Shown piece by piece: positions 38,861-47,792 of a stretch of DNA of 64,000 nt (its first letter is position 1; every line of letters begins with the position of its first letter). The translations under genes and the position numbers were made by a program. Below the pieces are notes generated by a model. It was not told where the DNA came from, searched no databases, and was given only the letters and a program-made list of their open reading frames with translations. Source of the stretch: Verrucomicrobiota bacterium (lineage in GTDB: Bacteria; Verrucomicrobiota; Verrucomicrobiia; Limisphaerales; J093); NCBI GenBank assembly GCA_022710935.1, contig JAKLFY010000005.1, positions 14,087 to 78,086 of the forward strand, read 5' to 3'.

Positions 38861-39376
38861 TTATGAAGCTGAATTCGTCGAAGCGCGACACGACGACTTC
38901 GCCAGGCTGTGAGTGGTTTCGTTTCGGGGCTGTCGTGGGTGCGCTTCTATTAGCCGAAGCCTGCTTTGCTCCGCGAGCGCGCGCATAATTCTTGATACAC
39001 ACCAGTCAGGGCGCTTTGCGAGGTCGTGCTGCCAAATTCGTAGAACGCGCCAGCCTTTCTTGCGCAGAGCGCGGTTTACGTGGAGGTCACGAGTCCTGTT
39101 TGCGGACAGCTTCCGCCTCCAAAAGGCGCGATTGCTCACCGGAGTGCTGCAATGTATCGGGCAGCCGTGCCAAAAGCAGCCGTCCACGAAAACGGCCAGG
39201 CGTGACGCTCGAAAGACAAAATCCGGACTTCCGAACACGGTCTGGTTCCGCCTCCATCCCACGATCCCCCGACTCCGCATCAAGGTGCGCAGTCTCTGTT
39301 CTGTGGCACGGTTTCCCTTCGATCGAATTCGGGACATTATTTCGGATCGAAACCTAGCTGAAAAAACATCTGCCAT
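38861..39376 (-). CDS. vsr: very short patch repair endonuclease
   Basis: RSKGNRATEQRLR...PDFVF...AVFVDGCFWHGC...WRVLRIWQHDL. The last 35 aa or so may be read-through. Confidence 0.9.
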   Translation of the reverse strand: MADVFSARFRSEIMSRIRSKGNRATEQRLRTLMRSRGIVGWRRNQTVFGSPDFVFRASRLAVFVDGCFWHGCPIHCSTPVSNRAFWRRKLSANRTRDLHVNRALRKKGWRVLRIWQHDLAKRPDWCVSRIMRALAEQSRLRLIEAHPRQPRNETTHSLAKSSCRASTNSAS

Positions 39377-39417
39377 GAATGCGGTCCGACAAGCCTAGAC
39401 TCCAGTTGGGCGGGACT

Positions 39418-40488
39418 TCAGCGCCGTCGATGAACACCATTCGCGCCTTTCCTGCGGACAGCGTGTGCGGCGAGGGCACGCCTCACTTCCACCGCCTGCC
39501 GACGCACAAGTTCGGGAGGCAGTGCGTTGCCGATCATCAAGGCTACCCCCTGCTTTCCGGCAGTGAGGTCAAATTTGTATCTTCGCGGAAACGTCTGAAT
39601 CAGCGCCGCTTCGCGCATGGTGATATTCCGGTTCTCCACCGGATGGAGGAATCGGCCCTTTGACGGGTTGAAACATCCACCGGTGATTGTCGGGGCAACA
39701 TCATCCCAGGCCATGCGACCATAGATGTCCTTGAAACCGTCGCAGCGTCGATGACACTCAAGTTGCATGCTCGCGGGCAGATCGCGGCGGCTGCCTCCGT
39801 CCTTGGGGATTCGTGCAATCTTGCGGCGAACTTCCATGCTGCGCTGTTCAGGCAGATCGTGCAAAGGGTCGCCACTTTTTCCGGCTGGCGGCAGGTTTCC
39901 TATGGCTTGTCGGACGGTGCGATGTGTTCGAGCCGGTCGCGGGAAAGAAACCTCCAAGGTGAGTCCGGCAATCAGCACAAGTCGCCGCCGGCGTTGAGGG
40001 ACGCCGAAATCCTGCACATCCACAATCTCCCACTGCACTCTGTAACCCATTGACTCCAACGCGGTGGTGAATTCTCGGAACACCTTCTTCTCCCCGAGTC
40101 GCGGGACATTCTCCATCATGACTGCCTTTGGCCGCATCTCCTGCACCAGCCTCAGCATTTCTTTGACGAGGTTGTTCCGCGGGTCGCGATTTCGAGTCGC
40201 GCCATTGCGTGTCCGCAATGTCGAAAACCCCTGGCAGGGCGGACAGCCGACCAGCAGATCGAGTTCTCCCCGTTTGATCGTCAGTTCGCGCATCCACTTT
40301 CGCCCCTTGATGTCCCGGATGTCGTTCTGCGACAACTTCGTCCCGGGGTGGTTCAGTGCGTAGGTTTTTCCCGCCAAGGGATCAATTTCCACGGCACCAA
40401 TCACCTTGAACCCCGCGCGACACAGCCCTTCGGTTACCCCGCCGCAACCCGCAAACAAATCAATCGCTGTTGGTCGTCTTCGCTCCAT
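39418..40488 (-). CDS. dcm: DNA (cytosine-5)-methyltransferase
   Basis: Motif I DLFAGCGG, motif IV GCPPCQGFS, motif VI MENVPRL, motif VIII QRRRRLVLIA and motif X GNALPPEL. ATG 40488 lies 4 nt after the upstream stop. Confidence 0.95.
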   Translation of the reverse strand: MERRRPTAIDLFAGCGGVTEGLCRAGFKVIGAVEIDPLAGKTYALNHPGTKLSQNDIRDIKGRKWMRELTIKRGELDLLVGCPPCQGFSTLRTRNGATRNRDPRNNLVKEMLRLVQEMRPKAVMMENVPRLGEKKVFREFTTALESMGYRVQWEIVDVQDFGVPQRRRRLVLIAGLTLEVSFPRPARTHRTVRQAIGNLPPAGKSGDPLHDLPEQRSMEVRRKIARIPKDGGSRRDLPASMQLECHRRCDGFKDIYGRMAWDDVAPTITGGCFNPSKGRFLHPVENRNITMREAALIQTFPRRYKFDLTAGKQGVALMIGNALPPELVRRQAVEVRRALAAHAVRRKGANGVHRRR

Positions 40489-40492
40489 GCCG

Positions 40493-42556
40493 TCAAACCT
40501 CCCCGTCTCTGTATATGTCCACCGAAGTCTCAAGACATGGGCGCAGATCGAAATCATTCATGCCCAGTCCGGAGCGGGGCCGATCGATCCGCTGGTAAAT
40601 GTCGAAGCCCCGGCCAATCTTCACGATCCATCCGTTGTCCAAATGAATCTTCCGATCGTGAAGGCGTGAATCGAAAGTAAACTCAAACGCGATTGAATGC
40701 TGTTTGAGATCATCCACCAGGGCATCCAGCTTCTCGGACACCTCCACCTCCTGTGATTGGTCGTCGGCTCCGGTTACCAACCGAATCCTCTCGGCATCAC
40801 CCGTTTTCACCACCAGCTCGCAGAATCGTGTAAAATTGGCAATTTGGTGCGGCAGGCGGATATACGGATCCTCTATTCGGATCACTTTCGCCCCGGCGAG
40901 ATACGGTCCGAGCATCTTTTCGTAGCTGTAACCGGTATCCCCGTAGTGAATCGTAAAGTGCTTCTCCTTCAGTGAGGGGCGAGTCGCTTCTGCGGCGTCT
41001 GACGCGGCCACAGCCTGCGGCTCCACTGCCCTCGGCGCACTCGCACTTGGCGCGGTCTGCTTGTCCGCAGAGGGCAGCGGTTCCTGAGCTGCCACGCCGC
41101 CAATCCCCTTCGATTCCTGACAATGCACCGCCTGCTCCTGACCGTCTGCCTTGAAGAACGAGAATTGGAGTGCGGCAAACTCATCGTCCGGTTTTCGCTT
41201 GTTCAACTGCTCTTTCACGCGTCGACGTCCTTCCAAGGCATACTCCAGATACTCATTGAATTCCTGGTCGGAAGGTTCGCCGTGTGGGTGCAACAACTTC
41301 AAGAACCCCGCCACCGTCTTGATGACGGCAGTCTCATCGCGGCCGCGCACGGCGGCGCCCAGCCGTGCCTTCCCCTTCACGAATGCGTAGCGGTTTGTCT
41401 GCTTTGCCAGGTGGTGCAGGGCTTCCGCCAGATAATCCGTGATGAACCCGTAACTCGCAGTCAACAAATCGCTGCTATTCGGCGGAATCTCCCAGCCCGG
41501 CAGGTAGGTGTGAAACCGATGCAACACCGCCAGGTCAAAGGCTTCCGGCAGCGGTTTGAAAAGATCATGGTCCGGCGAGCGCACGAGGGCCTCAATCGAG
41601 TCATCAATGTTTCCAATGAAGGCGAGGCTGGCGTTGGCGATGATTTCCGCCGGGCCGCGGCTGAATCGTCCGTTTGCCATGTAATCCTTCATGATCTGAA
41701 TCGTGTCCCGATCCTTTACCCGGATGCCGGCGACCTCGTCGAAAGCCACCACATCCCAAAACCCGATGATCCCCACGCGGCGACGCTGGTTATTGTAGAA
41801 CAGGACGGAGGTGCTCGCCTGTCCGCCGCTGACCAGGGTCACATACGGCGAGAATTCACTGAATACGTAGGACTTGCCGGTGCCGCGCGGCCCCAATTCA
41901 ATGAAGTTGTAGTTCGCCTCGACAAAGGGGATCAGCCGGGTCAGGAAGTGCAGTTTGAGCCGTTTGGTCAGCTTGGTTGGCTCCAGCCCGACTGAACGCA
42001 GCAGCACATCCATCCAGGCGTCCCGACTGAACTGCTGCGCACCCTCGCAATAACGGGTGAAGTCGAATCTTGAGAGCTGCACGGGCCGGAGATCCTCAAC
42101 GTAGAAAGCGTAATCGTCATCCTCCACATCGTTGTAACCCAGCGTCACCTCCGCCCAAATGCCACCCTCCAGCAGGCGGTCGTTTTCCCGGTAGAACTTC
42201 TCGTTGATCGCAATGCGGCGCGAGTTGAAGTTCTCCATCGCCGCCCAGTGTCGTTTCTCCCGCTCCACATAGGAAACATGGATCTTGTCGATGAATTTGT
42301 GGCTGCCCTTCTGTTGCACCAGTGATTGTGCCCGGTTTGACTCGTCCGGGCGCACGTAGTTCTGCTGGATCGTCTCCAGCACGGCTGCGATGCCCGCCTG
42401 AATCTCGTGCGGATCATCTGTTGCACAGAATTTCGCGAGCAGGAATTCCAGCACAAAGGAGGGCACGTTTGTGCCCTTCTTGATCTGGTGCAGCAGATCT
42501 TTGCGCACGACGCACCCGGAAAATGTCCGGTTCAACTGTTGGTCGAGGTCATCCAT
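40493..42556 (-). CDS. BrxL-like AAA+ ATPase with a C-terminal MIT_C (MITD1-type phospholipase-D-like) domain in place of the Lon protease domain
   Basis: The N-terminal 460 aa or so are BrxL/TIGR02688-like (FSGCVVRKDLLHQIKKGTNVPSFVLEFLLAKF, Walker A GPRGTGKSY, Walker B VVAFDEV). An Ala/Pro-rich linker follows. The C-terminus carries EDPYIRLPHQIANFTRFCEL, LHDRKIHLDNGWIVKIGRGFDIY and DFDLRPCLETSVDIY. These match my memory of the human MITD1 C-terminal domain (DPYIR..[46 protein letters not shown]). Confidence 0.8.
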   Translation of the reverse strand: MDDLDQQLNRTFSGCVVRKDLLHQIKKGTNVPSFVLEFLLAKFCATDDPHEIQAGIAAVLETIQQNYVRPDESNRAQSLVQQKGSHKFIDKIHVSYVEREKRHWAAMENFNSRRIAINEKFYRENDRLLEGGIWAEVTLGYNDVEDDDYAFYVEDLRPVQLSRFDFTRYCEGAQQFSRDAWMDVLLRSVGLEPTKLTKRLKLHFLTRLIPFVEANYNFIELGPRGTGKSYVFSEFSPYVTLVSGGQASTSVLFYNNQRRRVGIIGFWDVVAFDEVAGIRVKDRDTIQIMKDYMANGRFSRGPAEIIANASLAFIGNIDDSIEALVRSPDHDLFKPLPEAFDLAVLHRFHTYLPGWEIPPNSSDLLTASYGFITDYLAEALHHLAKQTNRYAFVKGKARLGAAVRGRDETAVIKTVAGFLKLLHPHGEPSDQEFNEYLEYALEGRRRVKEQLNKRKPDDEFAALQFSFFKADGQEQAVHCQESKGIGGVAAQEPLPSADKQTAPSASAPRAVEPQAVAASDAAEATRPSLKEKHFTIHYGDTGYSYEKMLGPYLAGAKVIRIEDPYIRLPHQIANFTRFCELVVKTGDAERIRLVTGADDQSQEVEVSEKLDALVDDLKQHSIAFEFTFDSRLHDRKIHLDNGWIVKIGRGFDIYQRIDRPRSGLGMNDFDLRPCLETSVDIYRDGEV

Positions 42557-42557
42557 A

Positions 42558-45098
42558 TCAAGTCAGGATTTCCACTTTCAGTTTCAAAGGTAATCCGTAG
42601 GTCAATCCCGTCTCCGCATCCACGGCCCGGACTTCCATCGGTCCGACGAAATCTTCGACGATCCGCATCGGCACTTTCACAGCCTGCCCCGCCTTCAGCT
42701 TCACCACGCCGGTTGCAGGATCGACATGTGCACAGGACGCCGCTTCCCCGATGACGGTTTCCTGGGATCGGACCTTGGCCCTCGCTTCCAGCCGGAACGA
42801 CACCTCGCTGGCAAACAATTCTCCGCCGAATACGCTCACATCCAGCACCGGCCGTCGGGTCGTCACCGTGCCTTGCGCTTCCCCTCGGTAACGCAATTGC
42901 ACGTCCACCGCAGAGTGCGGCTCCGCTTCTTGATTACCCAGGTCAACTTCGATCAGAGGCGTTACCGCCTCCTGCAGGGAGAGGCCCTCGTGAAAATAGG
43001 GGTGCCGCTTGTTGAATGTCCCCAATGAGCGGGGAACCAGGTAGGACTCCACCTCCCCCTGAATGCCGACCTGTTCCTTGCCAAAGAGTATCGTCCCGGG
43101 AGTCGCCGATCCCCGCCCGAGCATGCACCGGTCTTTGACTTGGATCCAGTCCCCTTGGGGCTTCGCCACGGTGTCGCCCGCCGCCAGGCCGGGATGCAGG
43201 ACAAATCCGTGGTCGGTGGTGAAGATCACGTGGTGAAATCCCAGCTTCTTGAGTTTGCCGACAGCGGCGATCAGTTTCGCCAGAACATGAGGGAGGAACA
43301 GACAAACGTTGCTCGCATCCATCTCCCCCTGCTCGTCAATGTCGGTGGTCATGACCAGCAGCAGATCAACACCGCTCAGAGGCTCCGGCTTTTTCTTCCC
43401 CGCAGGCTTGAGCGCGATCAAATCGTCCAAGTCCAGCAGCTTCGTGCGGTCGCCGTAAAACTCCTGCGTGTAGGCAAAACGCTCAGCCGGCGTGCGAATC
43501 GGCTTGCCGTGCAGTGTCGGCACCAGCTTGTCCTCCGATATTTTCAGAACCAGATTTCCATCCGCTTTGGGTAACAGCGAAGCCATTCCGACGGCGGTAA
43601 TGGTCGGCAACTGTGCGCAGACCGACTTCAGCCGGCAGGTATAGCTGCCGCCCAGTTGCCGCTCCAGCGCCGTCCCCAATTCAAAGCGCAGGGCATCTAC
43701 AAAGAACAACGCGACTCTTTTGCCGCGCGTATCCAGGAGCGGGGCGATGCATTTGTCAAAGACCTGCGTGGCGCGCAGTCGTCCGCTGGTTGGCCACCCC
43801 TCCTTGGCCACACAATCAATGAATCGGCGCTGCAACTCCTCGGCGACCGCGAGAAACCGATGTCGTGCCGACTCGATCAATTCCTCGACGCCGTCGCTTT
43901 CTCCGTAGGTGTCGGCCACAGCTTTTTCCAGCTCGCGATGAGCTTGATCCAACCGGTAGGCCCGCCCTGTGTAGAAGGAAATCAGATCGTCCGCTGATTT
44001 TCCCGCCGCCGGCAAATCCCGTTCCAAATCTCCGGCGATCACGAGGAGTTCTCGGGCGCGTTCGGCGACCGTCCACAACATGCCGCGATCCGTATGCTTC
44101 ACCCATACGGACTCCTTCCGCTGGTCGGCAATCTCCGCTGCGGCTCCCCAATTGCCCGTCAAAAGTGCTTTTACGTATTGCCGAAGGAAACTGCGCTCCT
44201 CGAATGCGAAAGTGTCCCGCTTCCCCAGATCCGGCACTTCACGGGTCCTCGCTTCCAGCGTCAGCTCGGCAGCCACATTTCCGGCGCGGGCGATGTAGCT
44301 CGCATGATGCTTCTCCTGCCGCAGCGTATCACACACGCGGTTGACCAGCGCCTCGGCGCTCAGCTTTGCCCGGGGAATACCGGCCAAACTCTCCGGAAGT
44401 CCACCGGGCAGGTCGAGGGCGAATTCACTGAACAACACGAATCGCCAGAATTCCTCCGCCAGCGCATCCCACTTCTTCGTCTTGGTTTTGGGCGTGAAAC
44501 CAAGTTGCGAGCCGAACAGTTCTTTCGCTTCGGTTGCCCAGCCGTCGGTGGATTTCAGCTTCAGGAGCTGTTCAGCGTTGGGAACGAGAAGCGCAGTTAT
44601 GATTTCGGCCGCGGACTCGACGCCCAGCAGTGTTTGCAGTTGCGGCCAATGGTTTCCACCTTCGACCGCATCAATCATCGCCAGGTCCGGCGTGCCACTG
44701 CTGAACAACTCGCGAACCTTGTCCCGGTGGTCGGGTTTGGCCTTCTCACACAGACTTTGAAATGAATCGTCGTCGCTGCGCGGAAACCAGTCTGAGCCGG
44801 CGGCAATACCGCTGAACGGATCGTGACATCGTTCCTCGGGCGTCTTCGGCCTGTCCATCGGCACATACACGACCAATCGGCGCTCTGCTGCCTCGGCTTT
44901 CCCGAGCCCAGCCCAACATTCGACCGCGCGTTCGTGCGCTTCGATGAACGACTCCGAGGCATCCAGCACCATGCATTGCTCGTTCATCATGGTCAGCACC
45001 AGGTTGCGGTAGCGCCTGGCAGCATCATACACCACCAGCGCGCCCGCTTTGTCGGCCCGCTCGCGTAGTGTCGTTTGAATGAATTGCCCGATCTTCAT
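42558..45098 (-). CDS. pglZ: BREX-type alkaline-phosphatase-fold protein PglZ
   Basis: 846 aa. PglZ core RVALFFVDALRFELG, LPTITAVGMASLLP and VIFTTDHGFVL. N-terminal region typical of BREX type-1-like PglZ. Confidence 0.9.
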   Translation of the reverse strand: MKIGQFIQTTLRERADKAGALVVYDAARRYRNLVLTMMNEQCMVLDASESFIEAHERAVECWAGLGKAEAAERRLVVYVPMDRPKTPEERCHDPFSGIAAGSDWFPRSDDDSFQSLCEKAKPDHRDKVRELFSSGTPDLAMIDAVEGGNHWPQLQTLLGVESAAEIITALLVPNAEQLLKLKSTDGWATEAKELFGSQLGFTPKTKTKKWDALAEEFWRFVLFSEFALDLPGGLPESLAGIPRAKLSAEALVNRVCDTLRQEKHHASYIARAGNVAAELTLEARTREVPDLGKRDTFAFEERSFLRQYVKALLTGNWGAAAEIADQRKESVWVKHTDRGMLWTVAERARELLVIAGDLERDLPAAGKSADDLISFYTGRAYRLDQAHRELEKAVADTYGESDGVEELIESARHRFLAVAEELQRRFIDCVAKEGWPTSGRLRATQVFDKCIAPLLDTRGKRVALFFVDALRFELGTALERQLGGSYTCRLKSVCAQLPTITAVGMASLLPKADGNLVLKISEDKLVPTLHGKPIRTPAERFAYTQEFYGDRTKLLDLDDLIALKPAGKKKPEPLSGVDLLLVMTTDIDEQGEMDASNVCLFLPHVLAKLIAAVGKLKKLGFHHVIFTTDHGFVLHPGLAAGDTVAKPQGDWIQVKDRCMLGRGSATPGTILFGKEQVGIQGEVESYLVPRSLGTFNKRHPYFHEGLSLQEAVTPLIEVDLGNQEAEPHSAVDVQLRYRGEAQGTVTTRRPVLDVSVFGGELFASEVSFRLEARAKVRSQETVIGEAASCAHVDPATGVVKLKAGQAVKVPMRIVEDFVGPMEVRAVDAETGLTYGLPLKLKVEILT

Positions 45099-45104
45099 GG
45101 CGTC

Positions 45105-46961
45105 CTACCAACTGTCTGATCCGCCGCGCTTCTCATCGCGCGCCTGTTTTATACCGCAAAAACCCAGGAAGTCGCAATGCGAACACCGCGCCCCACCGCC
45201 CTGCCTTGCCTTCGGTCCTTCGCTGAATTTGCGGTTGCGAATGTCCGCGGCAGTGGTCGCCACCAGCTTCGTGGCCGCCGTCAGCGCGGCCGCATTCAGT
45301 GGCACGCTCAATTCCGCCTTCATCGCATCATCGGCGTCCAAGTAGCGGACCAGTCCCTGTTCGGGCTGATACTCCAATTCCTTTTTGGCCGCCACTGCAT
45401 ACAGCGCCACCTGTAACCGCATCTCTTCCTCGTCCAGCTTTTGGTGCTTGTCCGACTCCGGATCGCCGGACTTGAAGTCCACCAGCGTCACCTGCGGCGG
45501 ATTGTCCCGCCGGATGACGTCAATAGCTCCCGACACCAGCACGCCACCCTCGCCGTCTTCATACTCCACCAGCGTCTCAAAGCTCTTCTCCGGTTCAAAT
45601 GTCAACTCGCCCAGCTCGCCCGCATAACGCTCGATGTAATTCGCCACCACCTCCAACCCCTTTGCCCGCATGTTGTCCGCCGGATTGCCTGTCGTGTAGC
45701 GCAGGTAAAACAATCCGTGGTCAATCAACCCCTGGATTTCCCGCTCCAACGCCGGGCGATTCGTTGCCAGCGCCGCCCACTTCTTGGGATCCGAATGCAC
45801 GGCACGCATCAGGTTATGCACCCCGCGGCCGTAACCGAATGCCTGGTCGATGGTGGGCGCAAACCCGAGCACTTTTCTGAGATAGAAATCGTGCGGGCAT
45901 TCCAGATAGTAACGGAGGTCCGAGAAGGACGTGGCCAGCCGCACGTCCCGCAGATGCTCCTTGGGGGCATACTTCAGTTCGTTCAGCAGTTGTTGTGAGT
46001 CGTCGGTCACCGTTCCGCCGCTTTCGCTGACCATCGGGCGGAGTTCCTTGATGAAACTCGATGTCCGTTTTCCGCAGTGGCTGATGAACAGAAACCGCTC
46101 GGCGCGGGTCAGCGCCACATACATGAGCCGCCGCTCGCCGTCCCGGGTTTCATTGTCGGCCAGCCCTTCCACATCAATCTCCTCGACGATGCGTCCCTCC
46201 AGCGGCAGGTCCGGCTTCCGCCGGGCCATGCTGTTCGGAAAGCTGTTGGCGTTCACGGCGGCGAGGAACACCCCGGCGAACTCCAATCCCTTTGCACCGT
46301 GGATCGTGCTGATCGTGACTGCGTCCGGTTGGACCATCAGCGGCTGCTCCTCCGCCCGCGCCTCCTCGGAGCCGTATTGGCAAAGCCCGATGATCTGCCA
46401 GCGGTAGTCCCGGGTGCTTGTCCATCCGGGGGTTTCAATGCCCGTGATCAATCCGCTGAGCGCCCCAAGGTGGAACAATGCCGTCTGGCCGCGGCCCTCG
46501 CACGTGTCCCAGGCTTCCACCTCGGCCTCAGACAACAGCATGTGGAAGATCTTCTGGGGAAAGACGCGCCTCAGATCACCCGATTTGGTGAGAAACTCGC
46601 GCAACGAAGGGGTTCGGAAGGCCGCCGCTTTCTTTGGGTTGAGGGCCGTCCCGTGGTCAATCCGATCGGCAATCGCCCCCGCCGCCAGCAGCAGCCGGTC
46701 TTCGACCTCGCGGCTGAACGCCAGACCCGAGGCCCGTAACATCCGGGCCGATGCCCGCAGCACCTCCGTCGGATGAGGGGCACACCCCAACACTCCATCA
46801 ATCCGCTGGGGCAGACTTTTCGGGTTGTATTCCGACCCGAAGAATTCATCCATCCTTGCCGTCAGTGCCAGTGCCCCGACAAACAACAGAACCTCCGGCT
46901 GCGAGAACAAGTCCGGGCCGGCGCGCACCACGCAGGGGATGGCGCCTGTATCCTGATGCAC
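45105..46961 (-). CDS. UvrD-family helicase C-terminal half fused to a Cas4/AddB-like PD-(D/E)XK nuclease (no Walker A half)
   Basis: UvrD 2B-like IPCVVRAGPDLFSQPEVLLFVGALAL, motif V TISTIHGAKGLEFAGVFL and motif VI LMYVALTRAERFLFIS. Nuclease part: SFSDLRYYLECPHDFYLR, GAIDVI, LVDFKSG, QVALYAVA and Cys cluster CSHCDFLGFC. GTG start at 46961, first ATG at 46853. No ATP-binding motifs I to III are present. Confidence 0.75.
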   Translation of the reverse strand: MHQDTGAIPCVVRAGPDLFSQPEVLLFVGALALTARMDEFFGSEYNPKSLPQRIDGVLGCAPHPTEVLRASARMLRASGLAFSREVEDRLLLAAGAIADRIDHGTALNPKKAAAFRTPSLREFLTKSGDLRRVFPQKIFHMLLSEAEVEAWDTCEGRGQTALFHLGALSGLITGIETPGWTSTRDYRWQIIGLCQYGSEEARAEEQPLMVQPDAVTISTIHGAKGLEFAGVFLAAVNANSFPNSMARRKPDLPLEGRIVEEIDVEGLADNETRDGERRLMYVALTRAERFLFISHCGKRTSSFIKELRPMVSESGGTVTDDSQQLLNELKYAPKEHLRDVRLATSFSDLRYYLECPHDFYLRKVLGFAPTIDQAFGYGRGVHNLMRAVHSDPKKWAALATNRPALEREIQGLIDHGLFYLRYTTGNPADNMRAKGLEVVANYIERYAGELGELTFEPEKSFETLVEYEDGEGGVLVSGAIDVIRRDNPPQVTLVDFKSGDPESDKHQKLDEEEMRLQVALYAVAAKKELEYQPEQGLVRYLDADDAMKAELSVPLNAAALTAATKLVATTAADIRNRKFSEGPKARQGGGARCSHCDFLGFCGIKQARDEKRGGSDSW

Positions 46962-47514
46962 TCAGGCCCAGCCGCTGCATGACCCGGTCCAGGGAATGTC
47001 CCGTTCCCCGCGTCGTCCCGAACAGCCGCCGCGAAAACGCAATGGTGTCGATGGATTCGACGGTTCGGATGCGTGCTCGATGTCGCCTGCAGGTTGCTTC
47101 CAGGAATTTGGTGTCAAACCGGTGGCCGTTATGCGCCATGATCACCGAGTCGCCGACGAATTGGGAAAACTGCGACAGCACCTCAATGGGCCGTGGCGCG
47201 TCGCGCACGTCCCGGTCTGTGATGCCGGTGTAATCGGAAATGAACCGGGAGATCGGCTGACTTGGCCGGCAATAACTGAAGAAGGAGTCCCCCGCCACCA
47301 CCTCACCGTTCTGAAACCGCGTCGCGGCGATTTGAATGATTTCGCATCCGCCCGGATAAAGCCCCGTCGTTTCAAGGTCAAAGATGACGAATGAACCGCC
47401 TCCAACAACCGCGAACACATTGCCGCATTGCGGACAGCGGATGCGAGCCTCGGTCGCTGTCTCCGGGATTCTCAACGTAGCCCCGCATTGGCTGTTGCTG
47501 CACTTCGTGATCAT
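46846..47514 (-). CDS. zinc-ribbon plus DEDDh (DnaQ-like) 3'-5' exonuclease domain protein
   Basis: CSNSQCG...CPQCG zinc ribbon. Exo I FDLETTGL and Exo II MAHNGHRFD. The Exo III H-x4-D motif is not evident. The last 35 aa or so (RRHPLRGARRPGLVLAAGGSVVCRGTGTDGKDG) look out of frame and overlap the next ORF by 116 nt. Confidence 0.7.
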   Translation of the reverse strand: MITKCSNSQCGATLRIPETATEARIRCPQCGNVFAVVGGGSFVIFDLETTGLYPGGCEIIQIAATRFQNGEVVAGDSFFSYCRPSQPISRFISDYTGITDRDVRDAPRPIEVLSQFSQFVGDSVIMAHNGHRFDTKFLEATCRRHRARIRTVESIDTIAFSRRLFGTTRGTGHSLDRVMQRLGLSASGYRRHPLRGARRPGLVLAAGGSVVCRGTGTDGKDG

Positions 47515-47522
47515 GGCAAATT

Positions 47523-47792
47523 CTAAATGTTGGTGCGCGGCGCTACGACACCTGGTTCATCCTGAACGGAGATTTTATAGAAGTGGCTGGGGCCGACGCC
47601 GGAGGTGAAGCGTTCAACGCTGAATCGATCGGGTTTCACATACCACGCTTGAGCGATCTTCCAGCGCGCTGCCACAATCGCTGATGCCAGGCCGCAGACC
47701 TTTGAGCCCGTTAGACCGATCTCCACGTTGTATCCGCTTTGGTGGTAGAGCTGAGAATACAGTTTCGTCAGGAAATCTATGTTCTCCTTCAA
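47523..47792 (-). CDS. hypothetical protein (89 aa)
   Basis: The TTG start overlaps the brxC stop (ATTTGAAGG). Noticeably AT-richer than its surroundings. No family recognised. It could be a frameshifted continuation of brxC. Confidence 0.35.
   Translation of the reverse strand: MKENIDFLTKLYSQLYHQSGYNVEIGLTGSKVCGLASAIVAARWKIAQAWYVKPDRFSVERFTSGVGPSHFYKISVQDEPGVVAPRTNI

Noticed and set aside
46846-46961. Treating the 116-nt overlap of the exonuclease and UvrD-like ORFs as normal gene overlap.
   Set aside because: UvrD-like homology in the second frame extends through the overlap, while the exonuclease frame there is low-complexity. A frameshift or deletion junction, or an assembly indel, is more likely. 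An ATG at 46853 would give only an 8-nt overlap, so both models are reported.
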